A stretch of DNA of 64,000 nt from Planctomycetota bacterium (GCA_044225365.1 JBGAIQ010000023.1:1-64000), one strand, 5' to 3'. Shown: positions 1 to 9,727, counted from the first letter of the stretch. The notes: generated by a model not told the origin, from the letters alone. Translations and numbers: made by a program.

Positions 1-2
1 AA

Positions 3-1427
3 GTCGCGATCGGCACGGCAACCTGTATTCCGAACGACAATCTTCAGAAGTACGTGCCCGTCATTCGGGTCGGCTTCGGCGTCGGGGCGTGTCAGTCGCA
101 GATCGATCAAACTGCGGCGAACCGCAAAGTGATCTTCAACGAGCTGCCGAAGGGCACCGACCCGGCAGTGATCCTCTCGATGATCGAGGCGCAGGACACC
201 AAGTTCCAAACGCGACAGATCGGGATCGTCGATCTTCAGGAGCGTGCCGTCACCTTCAGTGGCTCGCAGGACGGAGCGTGGGCGGGCGGTGTCACGGGCC
301 ATCAAGGTCCGATCACGTACGCCATCCAGGGCAACGTGCTGACCGGGCCCTGCGTGATCCAAGCCATCGAGAGCGCGCTCCTCAGCACCCAGGGAGATGT
401 CGCGGCAAAGCTGATGGCCGGGATGCAGGCCGCGCGCACGATGGGCGGTGACGGTCGCTGCTCCTGTTCGTCGCAGGCTCCGGACTCGTGCGGCTGCCCA
501 CCGCCGAGCTTCGTCAAATCCGCGCACATCGGCTGCATGGTCATCGCGCGGTTCGGCGACACCGACGGCGGATGCGCGCCGAATCCCGGTTGCGCGACGG
601 GCTCGTACTACATGAGCAACAACGTCAAGAACGGCGACGGTCAGGGCATCGACCCCGATCCGGTCCTCCAGCTCCAAACCCTCTACGACGCCTGGCGCAG
701 TTCGTGGCTCGGACGTCCGGACCACATCCTCACCGAGAAGGACCTCGGCGCAAAGGTCCTGAAGGCCGACGGCGCATCGCAATCGGTGCTCTCGATTCAA
801 TTGAAGGACTGGCAGGGCGCGATCGTCGGGCTTCCCGGCGCGCAGATCACCGTCACTCCCGAAGGCTCCGACAACGGCATCGTCACGATCGGATCCGCGA
901 CGGATCAGGGCAACGGCCTCTACACGATCCCGCTCACCGCGACGGCCAATACGGGCAAGCAGAAACTGCGTGTCGTCGTCGACGACGGAATCGGCAAGGT
1001 GACGCTCTATCCGTTCCCCGAGATCGCGAGCGCGCCGGTCACTTCCCTCACGCAGAGCGCGCCCGGTGTGTCGACCCTTGCGGGCGGCGACATCAATCTC
1101 ACCCTGAACGGCGGCTCGGGACTCGCGAAGCGCAAGTACCTCCTGCTCGCCTCGGCATCCGGCTCGACGCCGCCGATCGTGGTGAACGGCGTCTCGATCC
1201 CTCTCGTCGCCGACCCGGCGCTCACCTGGTCCTACCTGCTCTGCAACTCTCCAATGCTCGTCAACAGTTGCGGGACGCTCGACGATCAAGGTACGGCCGT
1301 CGCGTCGCTGCACTTCGCGCCCCTCTACCTGCACCCCCTCGTGCTCCACGATCTAACCTTCTCGTTCGTCACGCTCGATCCCGTGACGTTCGCATCGAAC
1401 CCGATCGTCCTCGACGTGGGCCCGTGA
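3..1427 (+). CDS. DUF1028-like (Ntn-hydrolase family) protein with invasin/Ig-like domain and a C-terminal beta domain; 5'-truncated by the window edge
   Basis: Frame is open from base 3 (VAIGTATC...VPVIRVGFGVGACQS). Motifs RQIGIVD, YAIQGNVLTG and KLMAGMQAA..GGDGRC match DUF1028. ADGAS..LSIQLKD and ATDQGNGLYT resemble an invasin Big-1 domain. Confidence 0.75.
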   Translation, partial: VAIGTATCIPNDNLQKYVPVIRVGFGVGACQSQIDQTAANRKVIFNELPKGTDPAVILSMIEAQDTKFQTRQIGIVDLQERAVTFSGSQDGAWAGGVTGHQGPITYAIQGNVLTGPCVIQAIESALLSTQGDVAAKLMAGMQAARTMGGDGRCSCSSQAPDSCGCPPPSFVKSAHIGCMVIARFGDTDGGCAPNPGCATGSYYMSNNVKNGDGQGIDPDPVLQLQTLYDAWRSSWLGRPDHILTEKDLGAKVLKADGASQSVLSIQLKDWQGAIVGLPGAQITVTPEGSDNGIVTIGSATDQGNGLYTIPLTATANTGKQKLRVVVDDGIGKVTLYPFPEIASAPVTSLTQSAPGVSTLAGGDINLTLNGGSGLAKRKYLLLASASGSTPPIVVNGVSIPLVADPALTWSYLLCNSPMLVNSCGTLDDQGTAVASLHFAPLYLHPLVLHDLTFSFVTLDPVTFASNPIVLDVGP

Positions 1428-1452
1428 ACCCAGATCACCTCGGAACGAGTCG

Positions 1453-3636
1453 ATGGGCGAACCAGCGAATCGCCTGACCTTTCGATCCTGGCTCGTATCG
1501 CACGCGTTCCTCGCCCTCTTGGTCTTCGTGCTGGGGGTCGTGATCTACGCGATCTACGCGAGCACGCTGGAGAATCGATTCGCGGAGACAGCGCGAAGCG
1601 AACACCTCGGGCTCTTCGCGCTCACGAACCTGCGGCTGCTCCCGAGCTACGCGGTGATCGCCCTCTACCACGCTCTCCTCACCTTCGTACCGGCGCGGCG
1701 GTTCTATCGGACGCGTGATCCGCGACGATTCGGCTGGCGCGCCTGGCATGCGTTCTGGATGAGCGCCTTCGTGTTGCTGCTCAGCATGGGGCCGCTCACC
1801 TACCTGTCCACGGGGCCGATCGACACGCTCGCTCGCATCACCGTGCATGCGTATCCGAGCATCGACCTCTACGGCTTCTTCGAAGCGCATGTTCGAGAGA
1901 TCCTGACAACGGTCTACGCCGCGTTCGCACTCGTCGCGCTCGCCTTCCTCGCGACGCGCGCGATGCGTGCGGTCGTCGCGATCGCTCGCGCGCCGCGAGT
2001 TCGACTCGTAGCGACCGCGGTGCTCGCCCTCGGAATCACCAACGCCGTGCTCCGCACTTCCCGTGGGGCCGTCCACGCGAGCTCCAGCAAGCTCCCCCAC
2101 GTGATCCTGATCGCGAGCGACTCGCTTCGCGCCGACCACCTCTCACTGCACGGGTATCCGCGCGCCGTCTCGCCCCACATCGACGCGCTCGCCAAGGAAT
2201 CGATCGACTTCGAGAAATGCCACGTCGCGACGGCGAGCACGCTCGAGTCGTGGACGTCGTTCCTCACCGGTCAGTACCCGGCGAATCACGGCCTTCGCTA
2301 CATGTTCGTGAGCCGTGAACAGGTCGCGCAGGTCAGCTCCAATCCGAATACCCTCCCACGCCTACTCGCGAAGAGCGGGTATCGCACGAGCGTGTTCGGC
2401 GACTGGGCGGCGAATTGTTTCGATGTCGTCGACTTCGGCTTCCAGAAGGAGCGGGTATCGAAATCGCAGAATCTCGACGTCTTCATGGCGGAGATCGCGC
2501 TGCGAACGCATCCGCTGGTGCCGCTCTACCTGGGATCCCCGTACTTCGAGAAGATCGTACCGAACCTGCGGCAGGCGGTCTCCGCGGTCACGCCCAACAA
2601 GATCGTCTCCGAGTTCGTGTCGGAGATCGAGGACGCCGACCGCGAAGGGCAACCGGCATTCTCGGTCCTTTTCCTGTCGTGCACCCACCTGCCGTTCATG
2701 TCGCCGTATCCGTGGAACAAGAAGTTCGCGGATCCTGACTATCGTGGACCGAATCGCTACCGGATCGATTTCGCCATCGACGATTTCATCCAGCACGGCT
2801 TCGCCGAGGCGCAATCCAAGGAAGAACGGCAGCACGTTGTCGATCTCTACGACGGTGGAGTCGCCTGGTTCGACTCGATCGTCGGAGAAGTGGTCGATCG
2901 ATTGCGCGAAGACGGCATCCTCGACGATTCGATCGTCGTGATCGCTTCCGACCACGGCGACGACCTGTATGAGCCCGGGCTCACGCTCGGACACGGGACG
3001 AATTTCTTCGGCGGCGATCAATCGACCCACATTCCGCTTGTCGTTCGACTCCCCAAGGGCGATCGGGGCGGCACGCGCGTGAAATCTCTCGTGCGAGGAA
3101 TCGACCTGAAGAGCACTTTGCTCGATCTCGTCGGCGTCGCGGCGAACGATTCGAGCGCGCCGCACTCCTGCGATGGCACGTCGCTCCGCCCGCTCATGTT
3201 CGGAACCACGCGCACGCTCGACCTGCCGGCGTTCGGCGAGACGTGCTACTTGTTCTTCCCGAAGAAGCCGCTCGCGACGAAAGACGACGTCGCCGAGGTC
3301 CTACGTCCCGCGGACGAGACATTGTTCATCGATACGTCGTTCGACAATCAACTGGTGCTGAAGCCGGAATGGCACGATGCGATCCTGCGCACGAAGGATC
3401 GCATGCTCCGCACGGAGCGTTGGAAGCTCGTCTACGTCGCCGGAATGAAGGGCCCGATCTGGCGCCTCTACGACATGCCCAAGGACCCGCACGAGCAACA
3501 CGATCTCTCCGAGGATCCCTCGGTGGCGCCCGTGTTCGTCCGCCTGAAGAAGCAACTGCTCGATTGGATTGCAACCGGACGCGATGCGCGCTGGACAGCG
3601 CTCGACGACGAAATCGATTCAGCGAACGACCGCTGA
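1453..3636 (+). CDS. Membrane-anchored sulfatase-like / alkaline phosphatase superfamily enzyme
   Basis: About 5 N-terminal hydrophobic helices, then PHVILIASDSLRADHL, SFLTGQYP, TH.P, LYDG.V...D, SDHG, THIPL. No CxPxR motif. Confidence 0.8.
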   Translation: MGEPANRLTFRSWLVSHAFLALLVFVLGVVIYAIYASTLENRFAETARSEHLGLFALTNLRLLPSYAVIALYHALLTFVPARRFYRTRDPRRFGWRAWHAFWMSAFVLLLSMGPLTYLSTGPIDTLARITVHAYPSIDLYGFFEAHVREILTTVYAAFALVALAFLATRAMRAVVAIARAPRVRLVATAVLALGITNAVLRTSRGAVHASSSKLPHVILIASDSLRADHLSLHGYPRAVSPHIDALAKESIDFEKCHVATASTLESWTSFLTGQYPANHGLRYMFVSREQVAQVSSNPNTLPRLLAKSGYRTSVFGDWAANCFDVVDFGFQKERVSKSQNLDVFMAEIALRTHPLVPLYLGSPYFEKIVPNLRQAVSAVTPNKIVSEFVSEIEDADREGQPAFSVLFLSCTHLPFMSPYPWNKKFADPDYRGPNRYRIDFAIDDFIQHGFAEAQSKEERQHVVDLYDGGVAWFDSIVGEVVDRLREDGILDDSIVVIASDHGDDLYEPGLTLGHGTNFFGGDQSTHIPLVVRLPKGDRGGTRVKSLVRGIDLKSTLLDLVGVAANDSSAPHSCDGTSLRPLMFGTTRTLDLPAFGETCYLFFPKKPLATKDDVAEVLRPADETLFIDTSFDNQLVLKPEWHDAILRTKDRMLRTERWKLVYVAGMKGPIWRLYDMPKDPHEQHDLSEDPSVAPVFVRLKKQLLDWIATGRDARWTALDDEIDSANDR

Positions 3637-4569
3637 CTTCGACGCGTCGACGTTGAACGGGATCGCGATCGAGAGTCGCTCGCCGATTGCTCGCAGGTGA
3701 TGATCGACGCCGATCTCTGCGCCGGGCCGGAAGCCCGGCACCGTGATGACCGAAACGACCGCGCCGCCGACGCCCCGATGCACGACTCCACGCGGGATGT
3801 AGATCAGCTCGTCGACTGCGAGCGCATGCGAATGCAGCAACTGTCCGGCATCTCGGGCGCTCACATCGGACTCGCCTTCGATCTCCGCGCGTCGATCACT
3901 CGTCAGCAATCGCGCGCCGTCCTTCGTGCGTTGGACGAGGTAGAACTCGTCGAAACCGGCATCGACCGGATGGTAGTGCGTGAACGAGTCCTTGATACGC
4001 ACGCGATGAGCGTTGAGTCCGTGGTACACGTAAGGACCGTTCTCGGGCTTCCAGGTGAGAAGCAAGCGGCGATACGCATTGTCCTCCGTCGCGCAGCCAC
4101 CCGCTTGGTCGTCGATCCGAGGATCGACGTCGGGCCGCAGGAAGGCCGGCAGGTCGAGCGGCAACGGCAAATCCAAGGTGTACACGAGCAATCCGGCCTT
4201 TGCGTCGAGTTCGAGTTCGTCGTAGGGACGCAGCAGGATGGCGTCGCCGGGCCCAAAGTCGGATTCGTTCGGTTCGGCCCCGACGACTCTGCCGCGACCC
4301 GTCCCGATCTGTACGAACGCGACGCGCGGCGACTCCGCCGCAGCGAGCCTCGTGGTCGCCCCGAACCATTCGATATCGGCCTTGGGATTGCCCCGCCGAA
4401 ACGCCTCTCGCAGAACCAGGAACGCGGGGTCGCCGGAGTCGCCATTCGGCGATAGATGCGCGAGAAGGATGCCCGGCGCGAGGTCGCGAGAGGCCGCGCC
4501 GTCGCCGCGAAGCGCTGCGCAACCGGTGACGACTCCGAGCGCCAGCAGCGAACGGAAAGTGGGATGCAT
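3619..4569 (-). CDS. Cupin-fold putative lipoprotein, function unknown
   Basis: Start moved to ATG 4569 (MHPTFRSLLALGVVTGC, lipobox-like). THYHP....FDEFYLV and YIPRGVVHRG are cupin metal motifs. Confidence 0.6.
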   Translation of the reverse strand: MHPTFRSLLALGVVTGCAALRGDGAASRDLAPGILLAHLSPNGDSGDPAFLVLREAFRRGNPKADIEWFGATTRLAAAESPRVAFVQIGTGRGRVVGAEPNESDFGPGDAILLRPYDELELDAKAGLLVYTLDLPLPLDLPAFLRPDVDPRIDDQAGGCATEDNAYRRLLLTWKPENGPYVYHGLNAHRVRIKDSFTHYHPVDAGFDEFYLVQRTKDGARLLTSDRRAEIEGESDVSARDAGQLLHSHALAVDELIYIPRGVVHRGVGGAVVSVITVPGFRPGAEIGVDHHLRAIGERLSIAIPFNVDASKSAVVR

Positions 4570-4628
4570 GACGAGAACTCCGCGGAGTATCCTACCCGCG
4601 TCCTTCGCTCCGAATCGCGAGGTGCTCG

Positions 4629-5564
4629 ATGCGACGTTTCCTCTCCGCACTCGTCGGACTGTTCGCGATCGCCCGCGGCGAGGCTCTCGCCGCTGCGCTG
4701 CCCGTCGCGCTCGAGAAAAAGGACGACCGCGTCATCATCCGCATCGGGAACGATCCCTTCACGGAAGTCCGCTTCAAGGGTGATTCGAAGCAGTTCCTCT
4801 ACCCGCTGCTCTCCCCCGACGGATCCCACGTCACTCGGCGGTGGCCCGAAGAAGATGTCCAAGGCGAGGAGCACGACCATCCGCATCATCGCGGGCTGTG
4901 GTTCGCCCACGGCGACGTCAACGGCTTCGACTTCTGGACGGGCGAGATGGGGAAGTCGCGCATCGATCTCGTCGAGGTCGTCGAGGCGAAGGGCGGCGAG
5001 GATTCGGGCGTGCTGCGCGTGAAGAGCGCATGGAATCATGAAAAGGAACACGTCCTCGACGAAGTGCGCACCTACCGGTTCTCGGGCACCGAGGGCACGC
5101 GAACGATCGACGTCGAGATCGCACTCACGGCACCAGACAAGGACGCGGTGTTCGGCGACACCAAGGAAGGCACGATGGCCCTGCGCCTCGCGGAGACGCT
5201 TCGACTGAAAGGCGCCGCCGCGCAGGGAAAGGCGCGAAACAGCGAAGGCGTCGCGGGCGCTGAGATCTGGGGCAAGCGCGCGAAGTTCGTCGCCTACGAG
5301 GGGCCGATCGGCGAGAAGGCGGAGAAGATCGGCGTCGCACTCTTCGACGATCCGAAGAACCCGCGCTACCCGACGTGGTGGCATGCTCGGGATTACGGGC
5401 TGTTCGCGGCCAATCCGTTCGGCCAACACGATTTCGAGGGCAAGGCGGAGAAGTCGGGGAACTTGACGATCCCCAAGGGCTCGACCGTGACGTTCCGCTA
5501 TCGCCTCGTGATCTATCGCGGCGAGAAGTCCCTCGCGGACCTCGCCTCACTCGCCCCCCGCTGA
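4629..5564 (+). CDS. PmoA-like / DUF6807 family exported protein (not methane monooxygenase)
   Basis: Signal peptide; FLYPL.SPDG..VTR, DHPHHRGLWF, TKEG, WHARDYGLFAANPFG motifs. Confidence 0.8.
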   Translation: MRRFLSALVGLFAIARGEALAAALPVALEKKDDRVIIRIGNDPFTEVRFKGDSKQFLYPLLSPDGSHVTRRWPEEDVQGEEHDHPHHRGLWFAHGDVNGFDFWTGEMGKSRIDLVEVVEAKGGEDSGVLRVKSAWNHEKEHVLDEVRTYRFSGTEGTRTIDVEIALTAPDKDAVFGDTKEGTMALRLAETLRLKGAAAQGKARNSEGVAGAEIWGKRAKFVAYEGPIGEKAEKIGVALFDDPKNPRYPTWWHARDYGLFAANPFGQHDFEGKAEKSGNLTIPKGSTVTFRYRLVIYRGEKSLADLASLAPR

Positions 5565-5637
5565 CGCGAGAGCGCTCGAACATCGACGAGATCACGAAGC
5601 AGCAGAAGCGAGCGGCGCGGCCGTCCGCGTGGCTGAC

Positions 5638-6031
5638 GTCGATCGTTTCACACGGAGGACCACGGAGGTCAGAGGAGGGCCACGGAGGTCGGAGAAGAGT
5701 AGAAGTTCAAAAGGGGCTGTCCGCCTCGCGCGACGCGATCGCCTTGGCGCCTGCTTTCGTCAGGACCGCCGAGCCCGCGCCCTTTCCTAATTCCTGCCCT
5801 CCGTGGGCCTCCTCTGACCTCCGTGAACCTCCGTGGAAAACTCCGGCTCGGTCCCCGAAAGTACACGCATGAATGCACAAGCACGTGTCGCGAACGTCCG
5901 GGTGGACGAAGTCGATCGTTTCACACGGAGGACCACGGGGTCAGAGGAGGGCCACGGAGGTCGGACATGAGGGAGTTCGAAAAGGGGCCGGCCCCGATTC
6001 GAGGTTCCTGAACTCTGTGGCACTCTGCGGC
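5638..6031. repeat. Composite intergenic repeat: two direct copies of a 55-56 bp unit plus an inverted copy
   Basis: 5638-5693 and 5911-5965 are identical except for a 1-nt indel. 5798-5840 is a near reverse complement. A degenerate reverse arm lies at about 6011-6031. Confidence 0.9.
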
Positions 6032-6072
6032 AAACGCGGATCGTTACCCGCGCATCCGCCGATCACCCGCTG

Positions 6073-9000
6073 TCAGCGCTTGAACGCCTTGCCGTGCGAG
6101 TTGCCGCCCGATTCGAGGAAGGCGAGCAGGTCGAGGACCTGATCGAGCGGCAATGGGTCGAGGAGTCGCTCCGGCATCGGCGAGTGAGCTGACTTCTGTT
6201 TGCCCGTGATGTTGGCGCGATTGATCGTCACGCGCCGAGGATTCAACGCGTCCACGTTGAGCGTGTAGCTCACCCCGTCTTCGTCGACGATGCGGCCCGT
6301 CACGGTCGTCCCGTCCTTCATGCTGAAGTCGAGTGTCTGGTACTGATCGGACACCACCTTCGACGGGTCGAGGATCGACTCGAGTAGATCGCGACGACTG
6401 AATCGACTCGCGACTCCGGTCAGGTCGGGACCGACGCTGCCGCCTTCCTGTCCGACGCGATGGCATTGCGAGCAGAGCACCGTCTTGAACGCCGCGCGGC
6501 CCGATTCGAACGACCGACCGGAATCGAGCTTTCCGAGCTCCGGCGTCAGGTTCGCGATCGTCCACTTCGGCTCCCCTTCGAGCTTCGGGAGCACCACCAT
6601 CTCGCGCTTCTCTGCCACGTTGCCCGCGGCGAGCACCGGACCGTTGTCGATGCGATCGAGGAATCCACCGAAGCTGTGACCGCCCGTGTAGCTGCGCAGC
6701 GACTTCGCTGCGGCGCGATAGCGCTCGCGCAGTCCATCGCTCCAGCCGTTCTCGTGATCGCGCAACACCCAGACGTGCCAGATCCGCTCCGCGGGATCCG
6801 TCGCGCGATCGAACAACGCCAGCGTGCGATCGATGAGTCGCGTTCCGCCGCAGCGCCGCAGCACGGGATAGAGCTCCCGATTGAGATCGAACGAACTCGA
6901 GGGGTAGAGCGAATCGAACAGCGAGACGAGATGCTCCTGGACGTCGTCCGACAGGATGCCGCCCCGCGCGATGCCCACTTCCAGGATGCGCAGTTCGTGA
7001 AGCAGCATCTCGTTGGTGACGGTTCCCGTCCCCGGATCGGAATAGAGCTTCTTGCCGACCTTCTCGAAGCTCGGGAGATCGACGCGCACGAGCGCCATCA
7101 TCGTCTCGAGCCGCGCGCGGGGTCGCTGTTCGGCGAGTGCGCGATCGCGCCAGGTGGCGACGTCCTGCCGCTCGAGCGCAATGCGCGCGGTGAAGCGCAG
7201 GAATCGATCCTCCGAATCGAGCGCCTTGAAGATGCGTTCGAGAGCGGCCGCGTCGGCGCCGGAGTGGCGCTGATATTCCGCGATCTCGCGGCGCTCCTTG
7301 CGGGCTCCGTCGCTCGCCTCGAATCGCGCAATCGCTCCCGGCTTTGCCGTTCCGGTGTACCGCACCCGGTACAGTCCGGATTGCGTTCCGCGACCGCCTG
7401 TGAGGAAGTAGAGCGCGCCATCGGGGCCGACTTCCATGTCGGTCACGTTGAGCGGCTTGCCAGTGACGAATTCGTCGAACGTGCCGTCGTAGGTCGAGCC
7501 CTTGGGCGTCAGATGGACCGCGACGATGCGGCCGTACGTCCAATCGCAGGCGAGCAGACTCGCACGCCACGGATCGGGGAAATTGCTCTTCGTGGCAAAG
7601 GTCACACCGGTCGGAGATCCAAGGCCGATGTCGACGACCGGCGGCAGGCTGTCCGCGTAGTAGGCCGGCCAATTGCCCGAGCCCGAGCGCCAGCCGAAGT
7701 CCGCGCCCGCGACGACGTGACAGATGCGCGTGGCGCGATACCACGGCAGACCGACGTCCCACTCCATGTCGGAGTCGTAGTTGAAGATCTCACCGTCGGG
7801 CGAGAACGCGAAGTCGTAGGAGTTGCGGAATCCCGCGGCGAAGAGCTCGAGATGCTTGCCATCGGGATCCATTCGGACGATGTTGCCACCCGGCGCGAGG
7901 ATGCCGACGGCGTGGCCGTTCGGATCCCATTCGCGCGGGAGGATCATGTCTTCGGCATAGTTACGATGCGGCGACTCCGGCGCGAATACCGCGGGCGGTC
8001 GCACGTCCTGCGCGAACATGTCGGCGCCGTTCACGTAGTCGACGTGATTACCGAGCGTGACGTAGATCTTGCCGTCGGGGCCCTGAGCGACGCCGTGCGG
8101 TCCGTGCTCACCACCCGGACCCGCGACGAGGATGTGCTCGACCTTCTCGAAGTGCCCGTCCAGATCCTTGTCCTGGCAGCGCCAGAGACCGCTGATGTCC
8201 TTCCAATTCGGTTGGTCCGTATTGATGTCGACGTAGAGCGAGTCGTCGGCCCAGCACAGGCCCTGCGCGTCGCGCAACGGGAGATCGAGCGGTTCGACGA
8301 TGGGGTTTCCGCCGTCTTGAAGCGTGACTCGCCACAGGCCGCCCGATTGTGGAGATACGATCATCCGCCCCTTGGGATCGAACGTCATCGACACCCACGA
8401 TCCCTGGTTCTTCTTCGTCGACCACAGGCGCTCGACGGTGAATCCATCGGGCACGTGGATCGCCGAGGCGGGGGTCGCTTCCGTGTCGGCGAACGGATTC
8501 GGCCACGGGCCATTCGGACGCGTGATCGGGCCGAAGCTGAACGCCGCGCCCTTCGTCGCGCTTTCGTGATCCTGCGCAGACCACGACGAATCCGACACGA
8601 GAGTCGTGACATCGCCGCCCTTCAGTTCGAGAGTGAGCGAGCAGAACATCGCCGCGGGTCCGCCTTCATTGCGTCCGGCGACTCGGATCTCGTTCGCGCC
8701 CCGCACGAGCGCAGACGTCACGTCGAACTCGTCGGGCTTCTGCCATTCATCGCCATGCCCCACGAGCTTGCCATTGATCGTGGTCTCGTGATGGTTGTCA
8801 CAGGCGATCGTGAGCATCGCATTCCTCACTTCGTCGCCGAGCTCGAACGACTTCGAGAGGACACACTTCGAATCCGCGTTCGCGTTGGCGCTCGACCAGA
8901 TCCATCGTGGCATCGGCGTGGTGGCGGCGCCCGTCGCAAGCCGCTTGAGGCGCACGTTTCTGTACTGCACCACCATCGGTGTTCCGGCGTGGAGTTGGAA

Positions 9001-9663
9001 CGCGAGGATTCCCTCGCTCGCCGCCTTCTTGGCGTCGCGATCGATGACGTCGACCGTCGTCTTGCCATTGATGCGATGGATCAGACGAGATCCGCGCGCG
9101 ATGATCTCGTACTCGTTCCAAGCATGGAGATCGACGCCCTCCATGAGCTTGGCCTTGTCGCCACACGAGCCGAAGTCCGCGCGCGATCCATCGGTGTGGA
9201 AATCGACCATCGATCCGCGTTCGCAAAGGATGCCGCGACCCTTCTCCTCGTAGAGCATGCCGAGGTAGTTCGGGCCATCCTCCATGTCGCCTTGGTAGCC
9301 GGAAACGACGTAGTCGCCGAGATCGCGACTGCGGTACTGGATCCCGGAGTTGCCGCCGACGATGCGGAACTCGGTGCGCAGATCGAAGTCGCCGAACGAG
9401 CCGCGCCGGATCAGGAAGGTGTTGTGGGCGACGGGATTCTCCGCGGTCGCTCGGCCCGTGATCGCACCGTCCTCGACCGACCAGTGCTTCGAGTCGCCGG
9501 TCCAGCCGTCGAGGTCCTTCCCGTTGAAGAGACTCTCGAACCCGCTCTCGTCGGACTCTCCAGCGAGGCGCGGCGCCATCGCCACGATCGATGCGCCTGC
9601 GAACAAGAGAACTCCCGTCGATACTGCGAGGACGAGCGGGACGCGGCGGGGACTCGAGGTCAT
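6073..9663 (-). CDS. PVC-type multidomain heme c protein: DUF1080 + sugar-binding-like beta sandwich + dehydrogenase-like propeller + helical repeats + CxxCH cytochrome c
   Basis: Signal peptide; LFNGKDLDGW, NSGIQYR, WNEYEI, FQLH (DUF1080); WIW...ACDN...ING; GEHGPH, GFRNSYD, DSDMEWD.G.PWY; CSQCH, GPDLTG, ESILDPS, SPMP. Confidence 0.85.
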   Translation of the reverse strand: MTSSPRRVPLVLAVSTGVLLFAGASIVAMAPRLAGESDESGFESLFNGKDLDGWTGDSKHWSVEDGAITGRATAENPVAHNTFLIRRGSFGDFDLRTEFRIVGGNSGIQYRSRDLGDYVVSGYQGDMEDGPNYLGMLYEEKGRGILCERGSMVDFHTDGSRADFGSCGDKAKLMEGVDLHAWNEYEIIARGSRLIHRINGKTTVDVIDRDAKKAASEGILAFQLHAGTPMVVQYRNVRLKRLATGAATTPMPRWIWSSANANADSKCVLSKSFELGDEVRNAMLTIACDNHHETTINGKLVGHGDEWQKPDEFDVTSALVRGANEIRVAGRNEGGPAAMFCSLTLELKGGDVTTLVSDSSWSAQDHESATKGAAFSFGPITRPNGPWPNPFADTEATPASAIHVPDGFTVERLWSTKKNQGSWVSMTFDPKGRMIVSPQSGGLWRVTLQDGGNPIVEPLDLPLRDAQGLCWADDSLYVDINTDQPNWKDISGLWRCQDKDLDGHFEKVEHILVAGPGGEHGPHGVAQGPDGKIYVTLGNHVDYVNGADMFAQDVRPPAVFAPESPHRNYAEDMILPREWDPNGHAVGILAPGGNIVRMDPDGKHLELFAAGFRNSYDFAFSPDGEIFNYDSDMEWDVGLPWYRATRICHVVAGADFGWRSGSGNWPAYYADSLPPVVDIGLGSPTGVTFATKSNFPDPWRASLLACDWTYGRIVAVHLTPKGSTYDGTFDEFVTGKPLNVTDMEVGPDGALYFLTGGRGTQSGLYRVRYTGTAKPGAIARFEASDGARKERREIAEYQRHSGADAAALERIFKALDSEDRFLRFTARIALERQDVATWRDRALAEQRPRARLETMMALVRVDLPSFEKVGKKLYSDPGTGTVTNEMLLHELRILEVGIARGGILSDDVQEHLVSLFDSLYPSSSFDLNRELYPVLRRCGGTRLIDRTLALFDRATDPAERIWHVWVLRDHENGWSDGLRERYRAAAKSLRSYTGGHSFGGFLDRIDNGPVLAAGNVAEKREMVVLPKLEGEPKWTIANLTPELGKLDSGRSFESGRAAFKTVLCSQCHRVGQEGGSVGPDLTGVASRFSRRDLLESILDPSKVVSDQYQTLDFSMKDGTTVTGRIVDEDGVSYTLNVDALNPRRVTINRANITGKQKSAHSPMPERLLDPLPLDQVLDLLAFLESGGNSHGKAFKR

Positions 9664-9727
9664 GGATCTCTCCGTTGACGGCGGTGGGCTCGGTCGAGGG
9701 AGAGATCCTACCGCAAGGGCTCGATCC

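Noticed and set aside
4629-5564. Methane monooxygenase subunit PmoA
   Set aside because: The name comes from a family label. The protein is soluble and exported, and pmoB and pmoC are absent.
5638-6031. Possible CRISPR array
   Set aside because: Only two direct copies, 273 bp apart, with an inverted copy between them; no regular spacers and no cas genes.
6460-9678. 1072-aa plus-strand ORF and many similar long antisense or alternate-frame ORFs (for example 21114..23156, 36156..37976, 57521..59479)
   Set aside because: They overlap well-supported genes, are Arg/Ala-rich without motifs and are expected shadow ORFs in high-GC DNA.
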